Shown here piece by piece: positions 47,208-55,969 of a stretch of DNA of 64,000 nt; position 1 is the first letter of the stretch, and each line of letters begins with the position of its first letter. The stretch comes from Thermoproteota archaeon (GTDB lineage Archaea > Korarchaeota > Korarchaeia > Korarchaeales > Korarchaeaceae): positions 23,744 through 87,743 of the forward strand of contig JAOZGC010000003.1 in the NCBI GenBank assembly GCA_027491915.1, read 5' to 3'. The notes under the pieces are model-generated. The model saw nothing but the letters and a program-made list of their open reading frames with translations. It was not told the origin of the DNA and ran no database searches. The position numbers and the translations under genes were made by a program.

Positions 47208-49508
47208 ATGAGGTCGGCGGGGGGAGGGGGGCCCTTTCGGGGAGACGGGTGGGTGGAGCACCCACTCATCCGCCCCGGGACCCTGGAGTTCAGGGAGTAT
47301 CAGGTCGCCATAGCCCGCAGCGCCCTGAGGGGGAACACCCTGGTGGTCCTCCCAACCGGGCTGGGAAAGACCGCCATAGCCGCCATGGTCCTGGCCGAGA
47401 GGCTGGCGGTCGACCCGACCGGTCGGGCCCTGGTGATGGCCCCCACTAGGCCCCTGGCCCTGCAGCATCTGAAATCCCTCAGGTCCATCCTGGCCCTGCG
47501 GGAGGACTCCATAGTCCTGATGACCGGAGAGATTCCCCCAGATAGGAGGAGGGAGATCTGGTCGGGCCAGGCCAGGGTCCTGGTGGCGACCCCACAGGTG
47601 GTCAGGAATGACCTAATCTCGGGGTCGGCCGACCTATCGAGATTCAGGGTCGTCGTGTTCGACGAGGCCCACCGCGCCGTGGGTTCCTACCCCTACGTCC
47701 AGGTGGCCGACAGGTACGCGAAGGTTCCCGACGGGCTGATCCTGGCCCTCACGGCCTCGCCGGGCAGCGACCCAGAGAGGCTGAGGGAGATGCTAACCAA
47801 CCTGCGGGTGGAGAGGGCCGAGGTGCGGGATCGCTTCAGCCCCGACGTGAGACCCTATGTCTCCCGGCTGGTCGTCGAGTGGAAGAGGGTCCCCCTTCCG
47901 CCCCCTTATAGGGAGGCCCTGGAGAGGCTGAACTCTGCGCTGAGGAAGGTCTACTCAGACTTGGCTTCCCTGGGAGTTGCTCTGGGAGGCGATCCAAATC
48001 TGAAGACCCTACTGGAGGCCCAAGCTAGGCTGTCCGGATCCCAATCGCCGGAGGGGAGGGCGGCCGCGGCCAGGGTGGCCCTCGCCATAAAGCTGAGGCA
48101 CCTGAGGGACGTCCTCTGGACTCAGGGACCGGTTCAGGCCCTCTCCTATCTTGAGAGGGTCGCCCGTGGTAGGAAGTCCGCCTCGGACAGGATGCTCCTG
48201 GAGCTTCCCGAGGTCAGGGACCTGATCAAGGTCCTCTCCTCCATCCCCGGGGGATTCAGACACCCCAAGGTCGCCGAGGTCAAGAGGCTGGTGGCCGGTC
48301 TGCTGGCGGACAACCCGGGGGCCAAGGTCATCGTCTTCACCAACTACAGGGATACGGCCAACGTCCTCCTGAGGGAACTCTCGGACATGTCAGGCGTGAG
48401 ACCCGTGAGGTTCTTCGGCCAAGCTCCACGGGAAGGGGAGAGGGGGATGACCCAGGCCGAGCAGAGGAGCGTCCTGGAATCTTTCTCTTCCGGGGAGAAG
48501 AACGTCCTGCTGGCCACCAGCGTCGGTGAAGAGGGGTTGGACATACCGGAAGTGGATCTTGTAATATTCTACGACCCGGTTCCGTCGGAGATAAGGCACA
48601 TCCAGCGCAAGGGAAGGACCGGGAGGGGTCGCCCCGGGAGGGTCGTCGTCCTCCTATCCGGTAGGAGGGAGGAGGCCCTCTACTGGAAGGCCGTCAGGAG
48701 GGAGAGGACGTCCGCCGACGTGATAAGGAGAATCTTGGGGGAGATCAGAGAGACTTGGAGCAGGAGAGCCCTCAGGGAAGGTCGAGGATCCGCGGTTCTC
48801 CCCACCTCGGAAGCCGCCGGGGAGTCCAGGATACCTAGGCTGGAGGTTGTGGTGGACGCCAGGGAGCTGGGGAGCGAGGTGGCCAGGAGGCTGGCCGACT
48901 TCCCCGACGTTAGGCTCAAGGTGAGGGCGCTAGGCTCGGCCGACTACATCGTCAGCGAGAGGGTCGCCGTCGAGAGGAAGACCGTCGACGACCTGGCCGC
49001 CTCCCTGGTCGACGGCCGCCTTTTCGAGCAGGCCTTCAGGATGAGGGACCTGTACGAGGTGCCCATACTGCTGGTGGAGGGGAGGGATCCCTTTCATCCC
49101 TCTCGGAGGGCCGTCAACCCGAGGTCCCTCATGGGCGCGGCGGCGACGCTGGCCCTGTCCGGTATAGGGATCCTCTGGTCCCCAGACGGGGCCCACACGG
49201 CCGAGCTGATAAGGCTGCTGGCCAGGAGGGAGCAGATGGGGGGAAGACGGAGATACGAGATAAAATCACCCAAGCCGCGATCCGAGGAGGAGGTGGCCGA
49301 GAGGGTGTTGGCGGCCATCCCGGGGGTTGGTCTGGAGAGGGCCAGGATCCTCCTCTCCGAGTTCGGATCCCTGAGGAGGGTCTTCCAGGCCTCCAAGGAG
49401 GAGCTATCATCTCTTGGGGGAATAGGTCCGGCGACCGCCGAGTCCATATTTAACGTGCTGGACAGACCCTACCGTCGGGGGGAGGAGACATCGGGAGGCG
49501 GGGACTGA
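47208..49508 (+). CDS. hef: Hef: FANCM-like DEAH helicase fused to XPF/ERCC4 nuclease
   Basis: LPTGLGKT, DEAH, TASPG, EEGLDIP, QRKGRTGR, DY..ERKT..D, HhH2. Confidence 0.96.
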   Translation: MRSAGGGGPFRGDGWVEHPLIRPGTLEFREYQVAIARSALRGNTLVVLPTGLGKTAIAAMVLAERLAVDPTGRALVMAPTRPLALQHLKSLRSILALREDSIVLMTGEIPPDRRREIWSGQARVLVATPQVVRNDLISGSADLSRFRVVVFDEAHRAVGSYPYVQVADRYAKVPDGLILALTASPGSDPERLREMLTNLRVERAEVRDRFSPDVRPYVSRLVVEWKRVPLPPPYREALERLNSALRKVYSDLASLGVALGGDPNLKTLLEAQARLSGSQSPEGRAAAARVALAIKLRHLRDVLWTQGPVQALSYLERVARGRKSASDRMLLELPEVRDLIKVLSSIPGGFRHPKVAEVKRLVAGLLADNPGAKVIVFTNYRDTANVLLRELSDMSGVRPVRFFGQAPREGERGMTQAEQRSVLESFSSGEKNVLLATSVGEEGLDIPEVDLVIFYDPVPSEIRHIQRKGRTGRGRPGRVVVLLSGRREEALYWKAVRRERTSADVIRRILGEIRETWSRRALREGRGSAVLPTSEAAGESRIPRLEVVVDARELGSEVARRLADFPDVRLKVRALGSADYIVSERVAVERKTVDDLAASLVDGRLFEQAFRMRDLYEVPILLVEGRDPFHPSRRAVNPRSLMGAAATLALSGIGILWSPDGAHTAELIRLLARREQMGGRRRYEIKSPKPRSEEEVAERVLAAIPGVGLERARILLSEFGSLRRVFQASKEELSSLGGIGPATAESIFNVLDRPYRRGEETSGGGD

Positions 49509-49522
49509 GTCACTGCTACCTA

Positions 49523-50020
49523 GTGACCAAGTCCGGGGCCCGGGACCTCACTCTCCTCGCATCCCTGATAATAGCCCTCAACAGGCTCAACTCCGTCAGG
49601 GACAAGAAGAGGATAATACCGGGCCAGTCCAGGGAGGAGTTGCGGGCCGACAGGTCCTTCGAGGTCTCAATCCACACACCCGGAGGATCCTCGTACCTGA
49701 GAGACAGCCTGGCGATCGGCCTGGCGGCGCGGGTGGCCAGGGGTATGGAGGTTGGGCCCTATGAATTCTCCGTGGTGGTCAAGTACTCTTACGAGAGGGC
49801 GGGGAGAAGGGTAAGGCTGAGGTTCGACAGGTTCGAGTTGAGGTTGGATCGGGCGGGCGGCGGGATCCTGTGTAGGGTGGGAAGCGTCGGCGGCGTCATG
49901 AGGACCAGCCCGATAGAACTCGTATCCCTGGTGTGCAAGTTGGCGAACGAGGTGCTCGGGGGACCCGGGAGCGTGAGGTCCGACGAGGTCGAGTGCTCAC
50001 CCCGCCGGGGGAGACCTTAA
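49523..50020 (+). CDS. Hypothetical protein
   Basis: 165-aa ORF filling the gap with host-like codon use. Confidence 0.6.
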   Translation: MTKSGARDLTLLASLIIALNRLNSVRDKKRIIPGQSREELRADRSFEVSIHTPGGSSYLRDSLAIGLAARVARGMEVGPYEFSVVVKYSYERAGRRVRLRFDRFELRLDRAGGGILCRVGSVGGVMRTSPIELVSLVCKLANEVLGGPGSVRSDEVECSPRRGRP

Positions 50021-50362
50021 GATCTCCTCTATCTCCCTCAAGATCGAGACGACCCTCCTTATGATCTCCAGCGCCTCCCCCACCTCCCCTTCGTCTGACG
50101 CCAACTCTAACCTCTCCCTCTGAGAGTCCAGGACTTTGATAAGGCTCTCCCTCAGGTCGGAGAGCGCGTACCTCGCGCTCAGGCTCTTGGCCTGCTCCTC
50201 GCTCCTGGCCAGGAGGAACCTGGATCCACAGACGGCGCAGATCGCCTCCCCGCCGACCTCGAAGAGGGGCGCCCCGCAGTTCGGGCAGGTCACGTTGAGC
50301 ATCTTCCAGCCCCGCTGTATCGCCTCGGCCAGCCTCTTGGCGGCGTCCTCTCCCCCGGACAT
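49997..50362 (-). CDS. UPF0148/SSSCA1-like Zn-ribbon protein
   Basis: GWKML..CPNCGAPLF..CAVCG; ATG 50362. Confidence 0.88.
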   Translation of the reverse strand: MSGGEDAAKRLAEAIQRGWKMLNVTCPNCGAPLFEVGGEAICAVCGSRFLLARSEEQAKSLSARYALSDLRESLIKVLDSQRERLELASDEGEVGEALEIIRRVVSILREIEEILRSPPAG

Positions 50363-50453
50363 CCAGGCCCGTGGGGGGCTCAGTTTAAATAAGGTTCGCC
50401 GGTCGGCTGCGCGTAGCCCACCTTCTTCCGGGTTCTCGCGGGAGGTGATGTGC

Positions 50454-50738
50454 ATGTCTCCTAGGAGATCGGCCAAACTGGAGGAGTACCAGCGCCTCCT
50501 AGACGAGGCGATCCGCATGCTGGATAGGATCTCTCAGGATAGGGGCGTCCCGAGGAACATAAGGAGGCTGACCACGGAGGCCATAGACGTGCTGCGCGGG
50601 GAGAACTCGAGCCACGCCGTCAGGGCGAGCAAGGCCATATCCATGCTGAACGAGGTCATGGGGGACATCAACATGCCGCCCCAGACCAGATCCCAGATGC
50701 TGCTCGTCATAGGGCTGCTGGAGAGGATAAAGGACTGA
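50454..50738 (+). CDS. UPF0147 family protein
   Basis: D.GVPRNIRR, VRA..AIS.L.E...DINMP...R; ATG 50454. Confidence 0.92.
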   Translation: MSPRRSAKLEEYQRLLDEAIRMLDRISQDRGVPRNIRRLTTEAIDVLRGENSSHAVRASKAISMLNEVMGDINMPPQTRSQMLLVIGLLERIKD

Positions 50739-50879
50739 CCCATCGGGATCCCCCGGAACTCCCCCTGCCGGGGCCGTCTCCCCTACCCCGAGGCCGCTGG
50801 AGATCGAGCGGTCGGGACCGGCCCGATCCACCGCCCCTGCACGGCCCGCCCTATAAATTAAGTTCAGGGGGCGACGCGG

Positions 50880-51404
50880 ATGGGCGTCTCGGAGATATTC
50901 CTCGGGCAGCTCAAGAGCCTGAGGGACTCCCTCCGGCTGGCGCTGATCCTGTTGGTCTCCCTCCTCCTAGACCTGCCGATCCACGTCTTGGCCTTCGCGT
51001 TGGTCTCCTACCTCATGGTGGCCGCGGTGACCGCCGTCCACGAGGGACTCCACGCGAGGCGGGCCGCCGAGCTGGGATACCCCGTGTCCGAGTTTGAGGT
51101 CCTCGGCCTGGGCAACGTGAGGTACAGGCTGGAGGCCCCTCCCGAGGTGAGGAGGGACGTCGCCAGGGCCCCCTACCTCAGGCCCCACCAGTACCTGGTG
51201 GAACTCGGCTTCTTGGTCACCCTGTACGTCATCTCGGCGGGTGCTCCGGTCCCATTTAGATACCTCCTCCCGGGCGTGAGCCTCTTGGCCACCCTCCACC
51301 TCGTCTCCGTCGCGTGCGTCTACCTCACCTTCAGATTGGGCGTCTGCGGGAACTTGGCGCGGTTCGCCAGCGGCGGGGACCTGGAGGAGGGCCTCTCGGA
51401 ATAA
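50880..51404 (+). CDS. Membrane protein with HExxH motif (possible intramembrane metalloprotease)
   Basis: TM helices; AVHEGLHA; own TATA CTATAAAT ~50851. Confidence 0.6.
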   Translation: MGVSEIFLGQLKSLRDSLRLALILLVSLLLDLPIHVLAFALVSYLMVAAVTAVHEGLHARRAAELGYPVSEFEVLGLGNVRYRLEAPPEVRRDVARAPYLRPHQYLVELGFLVTLYVISAGAPVPFRYLLPGVSLLATLHLVSVACVYLTFRLGVCGNLARFASGGDLEEGLSE

Positions 51405-52082
51405 CTCCCGCCGTAACCGCCGATCCAACTCACCGTCGGCGTCGGAGGATGCGGCAGCTCAGGATCAGCCGTAACGGGCCGAGAGGCCGCTCTCCGGAAT
51501 CGTCGCCCGAAGCCGGACCGCGCCTCCCTCAACTCCCCGGTACCTCGGTGGTCATCCCCCGCCGCCCCCCACCTCGGCTCTCCGCCTGGCGTGCGCGGGT
51601 GGATTCCCTGACCACGGCCGGGATCACGTAAGATGCACGGTGGAAGTTTCATCGCTCCTGAGCGTCACCCCCCGAGGTCCCCCCGGCGCAGCCCACACTT
51701 GGGGGATGGGGACAGCTCCCAGCCCGGAACCTCCCGAACGTGACGATTTCCGGTCGCCCCGATCCCCGCCGACGCCCCCGATCCCGCACAGGAGATCCAA
51801 GCCCCCAACGAGCCGCTCAGCCACGACGTTCAAACCAATCGACGATCACCTCCATACCCGTCTCCGCACCTCCCTGCCACCTCCTCGACGGCCTCATCCT
51901 CCCCCTTTCTCGATCTCCCACGAACCAGGACTGCCTTCTCGGGATCCCCCCACGCGCGCGGCCAATCCACTCTGTGCTTATGTGAGGATGAGCCCAAAAC
52001 AGAGAGCTGAAAGCCAATAGAGAAAGAGAGAGTGGGTGGCGAGGGAGGGCCGCTCTCCTGGGATTGCCGTCTGAAGCTGAGC

Positions 52083-52282
52083 TAGACTTCCCTCAAACCC
52101 CTGACGTGCTTCGAGTAGGGCTCCTTCAGCCTTCTCCTCAGCTCCTCGTCGGCTGTGTACAGGTGGGTCTCCCTGACCACGGCTAGGGCCACGTAGGATG
52201 CGTCGTGGACCGTGCTGTCGTTCCTGAATGCCACCTCCGAGGTCTTCCTAGCGTAATCACCACTTAGGGAGTAGGGGGAGAA
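52083..52282 (-). pseudogene. vapC: vapC (PIN toxin) 3' half, separated by IS607
   Basis: FSPYSLSGDYARKTSEVA..STVHDASYVALA..LYTADEEL..EV*. Confidence 0.85.
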
Positions 52283-53475
52283 GGGGTTCGGGAGATGTCA
52301 CCATTCGTAGATGAACATCTCCCTTGGGCATCATCTCCATAGATCTGCCCCCCTCGGGGGAACCCCAAGGCGCCCCGCATCCGAAGGTTGAGGGCCGCGG
52401 CCTCGTCCCTGTCGACGATCAATCCGCAGCCCTCGCACCGCATGAGCCTGTCCCGATAGGCCCGCAATCGGCCTGAGCACACGGGGCAGGTCCTGGAGGA
52501 GTGGGCGGGGTTCACGAATTGCACGGGGAGGCCCAGCCACCTAGCTCTGTAGGCCAGCATGAACTGAAGCGTGCGAGCGTTCCACTTGCTCAGCCTCCGC
52601 CTGATCTTCCTCCTGCTGACCCTCCCCCCTCGCAGTCCTCTCCTTTATGCCGCTCAGGTCCTCCAAGACGATCCCGTAGTTCAGCGAGGCCAGCCAGCTC
52701 CCTGACTATCCTGGTGGTCAGCTTGTGGAGGAAGTCCCTGGCCCTGTTCCTCTCCCTTTTACTGTACTTCTCCATCAGCCTCCTGGACCTCCTCGGGTGG
52801 GTCCTCCTGAGCGCCTGTATCCTCCGGCGCTTCTCCTCGTAGGCCCTGTGTACGTGGTAGAGACCCCTCAGGTCGTACCTGATGATCCCCACCCCGTCCC
52901 TGACTTCCGTCACGTTCGCCTCGTTGACGTCGAATGCGGACCACCCTCTGGGCTCCCTCGGCTCTGCAGAGCGCTTGAACGTGATGTAGAGCCTGTCGTC
53001 CGTCATCAGCAGGCCGCCGATGGAGTCGTAGTCCCTGGGCAGGTGGTCGAACCTCGACAGATCTACCTACCTCTAGGTACCGCCTCCTGGCCACTATCCT
53101 GATGATCAGCTTGTTCCCCTTGACCCTGAACAGCGTGCTCTTGATGTAGACCATCCTCCTCGTTATCTCCGGCGGTCTCTTCGCCTTACCCCTGTTGTGC
53201 AGCTTTATCCAACTCTTCACCAGGCCTATGACCGAGTTGATGGCAGAATCGACGTAGTGGCTCGCGTACGGCCAGTTCTTGAGCAGCTCTTTCCTGATCT
53301 CGCGCCTCTCCTCGGCTCTTAGCCGGAGCCTGGCCTTTCCGCTGGGGCCGTGGGAGACGTGCGCCATCACAGCCTCCAGCGCCTTCCTCTTGACCTCTAG
53401 GTAGGCATCTATGAGGTCTTTGGGAGCCTTTATGGGCACAGCATAGCTCTTGATCGCCTCACTCCTCTGAGACAA
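52264..53475 (-). pseudogene. tnpB: TnpB RNA-guided nuclease with two frameshifts (~53066, ~52693)
   Basis: RuvC AFDVNE, VLEDL, DRDEAAALN and Zn finger CPVC..CEGC spread over three frames. Confidence 0.9.
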
Positions 53476-54088
53476 GCTCCCTCACCCCCTGAACGATCCT
53501 CCTGTACCTGTGGCTCCTCCTGCCGTAGAGCCTGCCAGCGAAGTGTGCTACTATCGCCATGAGATCCTCCACAAGCTCCTCCCTGGGAGTCCTCTCCCTC
53601 TCTCGTTGATCACCTCTATCTCGGCGCCGAACGCTTGGAAGAGCCTCCTCAGCGTCGAGAAGCCGAACCTGGTCAGCCTGTCCGGGTAAGTGGCTATCAC
53701 CCTGCTGACCCTGCGCTCAGTGACCATGTCCAGCAGCCTCAAGTAGCCCCTACGCCGCTCGTTCAGACCAGAGCCAACGTCAGTTATCACCTCGGCCAGC
53801 TCGTAGCCCCTCCGACTTGCGTGCTCCCTTATGGCCTGAACCTGTCTCTCCAGGTCATCTCTCTGAGACCTAGAGGACACCCTGGCGTAGCCCACCACAA
53901 CCCGTTCCTCGCTCAGACCGAGTATCCTCCTTATCTCCGACTCTGGAACCCTCCTCCTGCCACCCGGAGTGCGGATGCACCTGATCTTGCCTGATTTATC
54001 CCACCGCTGGATCGTTCTGACTGAGACGCCCAGGATCTTGGCCGCCTCTCTCATTGGCCGCCTCTCTCATTGTATAGTGTCGTTCCAT
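53459..54088 (-). pseudogene. tnpA: IS607 TnpA serine recombinase, frameshifted at both ends
   Basis: MerR-like HTH EAAKILGVS, YARVSS..Q..DL, DRLTRFG; C-terminus ELVEDLMAIVAHFAGRLYG in another frame. Confidence 0.9.
54041..54072. repeat. Perfect 16-bp tandem duplication GCCGCCTCTCTCATTG x2
   Basis: Direct reading; shifts the tnpA frame after MERHYTMREAA. Confidence 0.95.
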
Positions 54089-54105
54089 GTCAACCTATAT
54101 TCATA

Positions 54106-54323
54106 GGCATAGGCCTCCAGGGCCTCCCGAACCTGCGCCATCTCATCCTCCGTGAACAGCCCCTTGTAGCGCAGGGCGTTGGACACCTCGAACGTGATGA
54201 GCTCCGGGGCGATTAACTCGATCTCCCCGTCGATGTATCTGTCCCTCAACCTCAGGGCCCTCTCGGAGCCCCCTCCTCAACGAACCACCTCACCACGACG
54301 CTCGCGTCAACGACCGCCTCCAT
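54106..54323 (-). pseudogene. vapC: vapC (PIN toxin) 5' half with additional frameshift
   Basis: MEAVVDASVVVRWFVEE / SERALRLRDRY..APEL..EVSNAL. Confidence 0.85.
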
Positions 54324-54556
54324 ACTCTCATCCCTGAACTTCCTGACTATCTCCTCGGCTCTCACCTCTCCCTTGCTCTTCTTCCTCAACCTCTCATTGA
54401 TCAGGACGGCCTTCGCGAGATTCTTCCTCCTCTCCTCGGCGATCTTGCTCTTTATGGCGTTCCTAATGAACTCGCTCCAGCTTATCCTGATCCGCTCCAT
54501 TATCCTCTTGGTCTCCTCGTCGATCCTTAACAGTACAGTAATTACTGTACATACAT
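54308..54556 (-). pseudogene. vapB: VapB-type RHH antitoxin, start disrupted and fused in frame to vapC
   Basis: ITV..RIDEETKRIME..SWSEFIRNAI..AEEIVRKFRD; no clean in-frame ATG. Confidence 0.7.
54533..54550. promoter_or_regulatory. 18-bp perfect palindrome, candidate VapB operator
   Basis: GTACAGTAATTACTGTAC ~30 nt downstream of TTATA box at 54579-54583. Confidence 0.6.
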
Positions 54557-54675
54557 CGTTCACTCGCGACGCCTCCGATATAAGCCCGTGCGCCGTGGGG
54601 AACGCCGTGCGGGACGGGCTCTCCAAACGACCAGCCCCAAGCTTCATCGCGCGCACGGGATGTGGGCCCTCGCGC

Positions 54676-55116
54676 TCATCGACCGGAGGTCCCGAGGGAT
54701 CGAGCGAGATCCCTGGGGTCCACTCTCCTCAGGCCAGGCACGGAGTCGTACGCCGCGTCTGTGGATACGACCGTCCTGTCGGGGTCCATGAGGAGGGCGG
54801 TGGCCGCGTAGTAGGCGTCGAAGATGGAGCTCAGCCCGTACTCCGCCATCAGCGTGAGGGCCGTCAGGGAGACCTCCGCCGTGGACGGGAGCCACTCTAT
54901 CCCCCCAATCATGAGGAGAGATGCGATCTTGGCGAGGAGGGTCTCAAGATCGATCCTCAGCTTCACTCCCAGGTAGTACAACTCGTGGAGGGACTCGCTG
55001 CTGGCGCACAGGCTCAGCTCGCCGGACTCGGCCGCCTCAAGTATCGCCTCCGACGGGCGCTTGAGCCAGTCGCTCTCCTTGACGTGCGCCACCAGCACGT
55101 CAGTCTCTATGAGCAC
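54676..55116 (-). CDS. vapC: VapC PIN-domain toxin
   Basis: LIETDVL, HEL, FDAYYAATAL, VSTDAAYD..G. Confidence 0.9.
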   Translation of the reverse strand: MLIETDVLVAHVKESDWLKRPSEAILEAAESGELSLCASSESLHELYYLGVKLRIDLETLLAKIASLLMIGGIEWLPSTAEVSLTALTLMAEYGLSSIFDAYYAATALLMDPDRTVVSTDAAYDSVPGLRRVDPRDLARSLGTSGR

Positions 55117-55363
55117 GCCCCTCCCTCCTGGCCATCTTCTCTTCCAACTCCTCGAGAGCCCTGGCCTCGGCTAGCCTCCTTAGTTCCCTCCTCCCAAGCC
55201 TGGTCTTCAACCAGGACGAGCTGGCCTCCCTCGGCCTCGGGGGTATGGGAATGAGGACGATCCTCCTGCCGGCAGGTATCACGATGACGCTCTCTCCTGG
55301 CTTCACGAGCCCCTTTGGGAGCTTCACCCTCTCCCTGTCATCCACCCTGACCACGTACGCCAA
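55100..55363 (-). CDS. vapB: AbrB/MazE-type VapB antitoxin
   Basis: VRVDDRERVKLPK; overlaps vapC start; TTG 55363 inferred. Confidence 0.8.
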   Translation of the reverse strand: MAYVVRVDDRERVKLPKGLVKPGESVIVIPAGRRIVLIPIPPRPREASSSWLKTRLGRRELRRLAEARALEELEEKMARREGRAHRD

Positions 55364-55969
55364 CTTATCCCCAGATATGTTAATTCGTCCCCAATGATAT
55401 AACTGCTTCCCCAACGGAGGCGGGCGGGTCAGCCGATCCGCCTCTCACGGCGGGATGCTACTACTGGACGTGTAATCTTGTGACCTCTGTCGGCATCTTG
55501 ATGTTTTCGGGGAGCTGGAGGGCTACGGGGACGGGAAGAGGTGGGAGGAGGCGCTGGAGGAGTGCAGGAGGAAGGGATTACTCTAGCCAAACCCAGGCGT
55601 TGCTTGGACTCGTTAACTAGCCTGATCAGTCGGATCCCCACAGTAGCTCCTTCTTCCTTCCAGGCGACGAACCTTCCATACTCTTAACAGCATCCTCCCA
55701 GTCGAGAGGCCGTCTCCTCCTGACTTGGAGAGGCACGGCTACTAGCACTAATCTCAGCGGAGTCAACCCGAAGCTCCATTCCGCAGAGGAGAACTGACCG
55801 CCAATTCGCCAGGCTTTCTTCGGCATGTTGATGAACTCGCCATACGGTCGTTGATTCTCTTGGGCGGCTCATCTCTGGCGAATGAGGGATACGCCGCCTC
55901 GGGGTTCCTTGGGGGATCGCGCCTTTCAGGTTTAATATTGAACAAAAAATGGCCGAATTAGTTAAAAAT

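Larger units (their letters stand above)
52283..54105 (-). mobile_element. IS607-family element (tnpA serine recombinase + tnpB), degenerate, ~1.82 kb
   Basis: Removing it at the shared GG dinucleotide restores vapC frame EAYA-FSPY; no terminal IR or target duplication seen. Confidence 0.88.

Noticed and set aside
52036-52085. Fluoride-riboswitch-like GGCGA..GCTGA segment
   Set aside because: Core GGCGAUG/CGCC pairing is missing and no downstream fluoride-related gene
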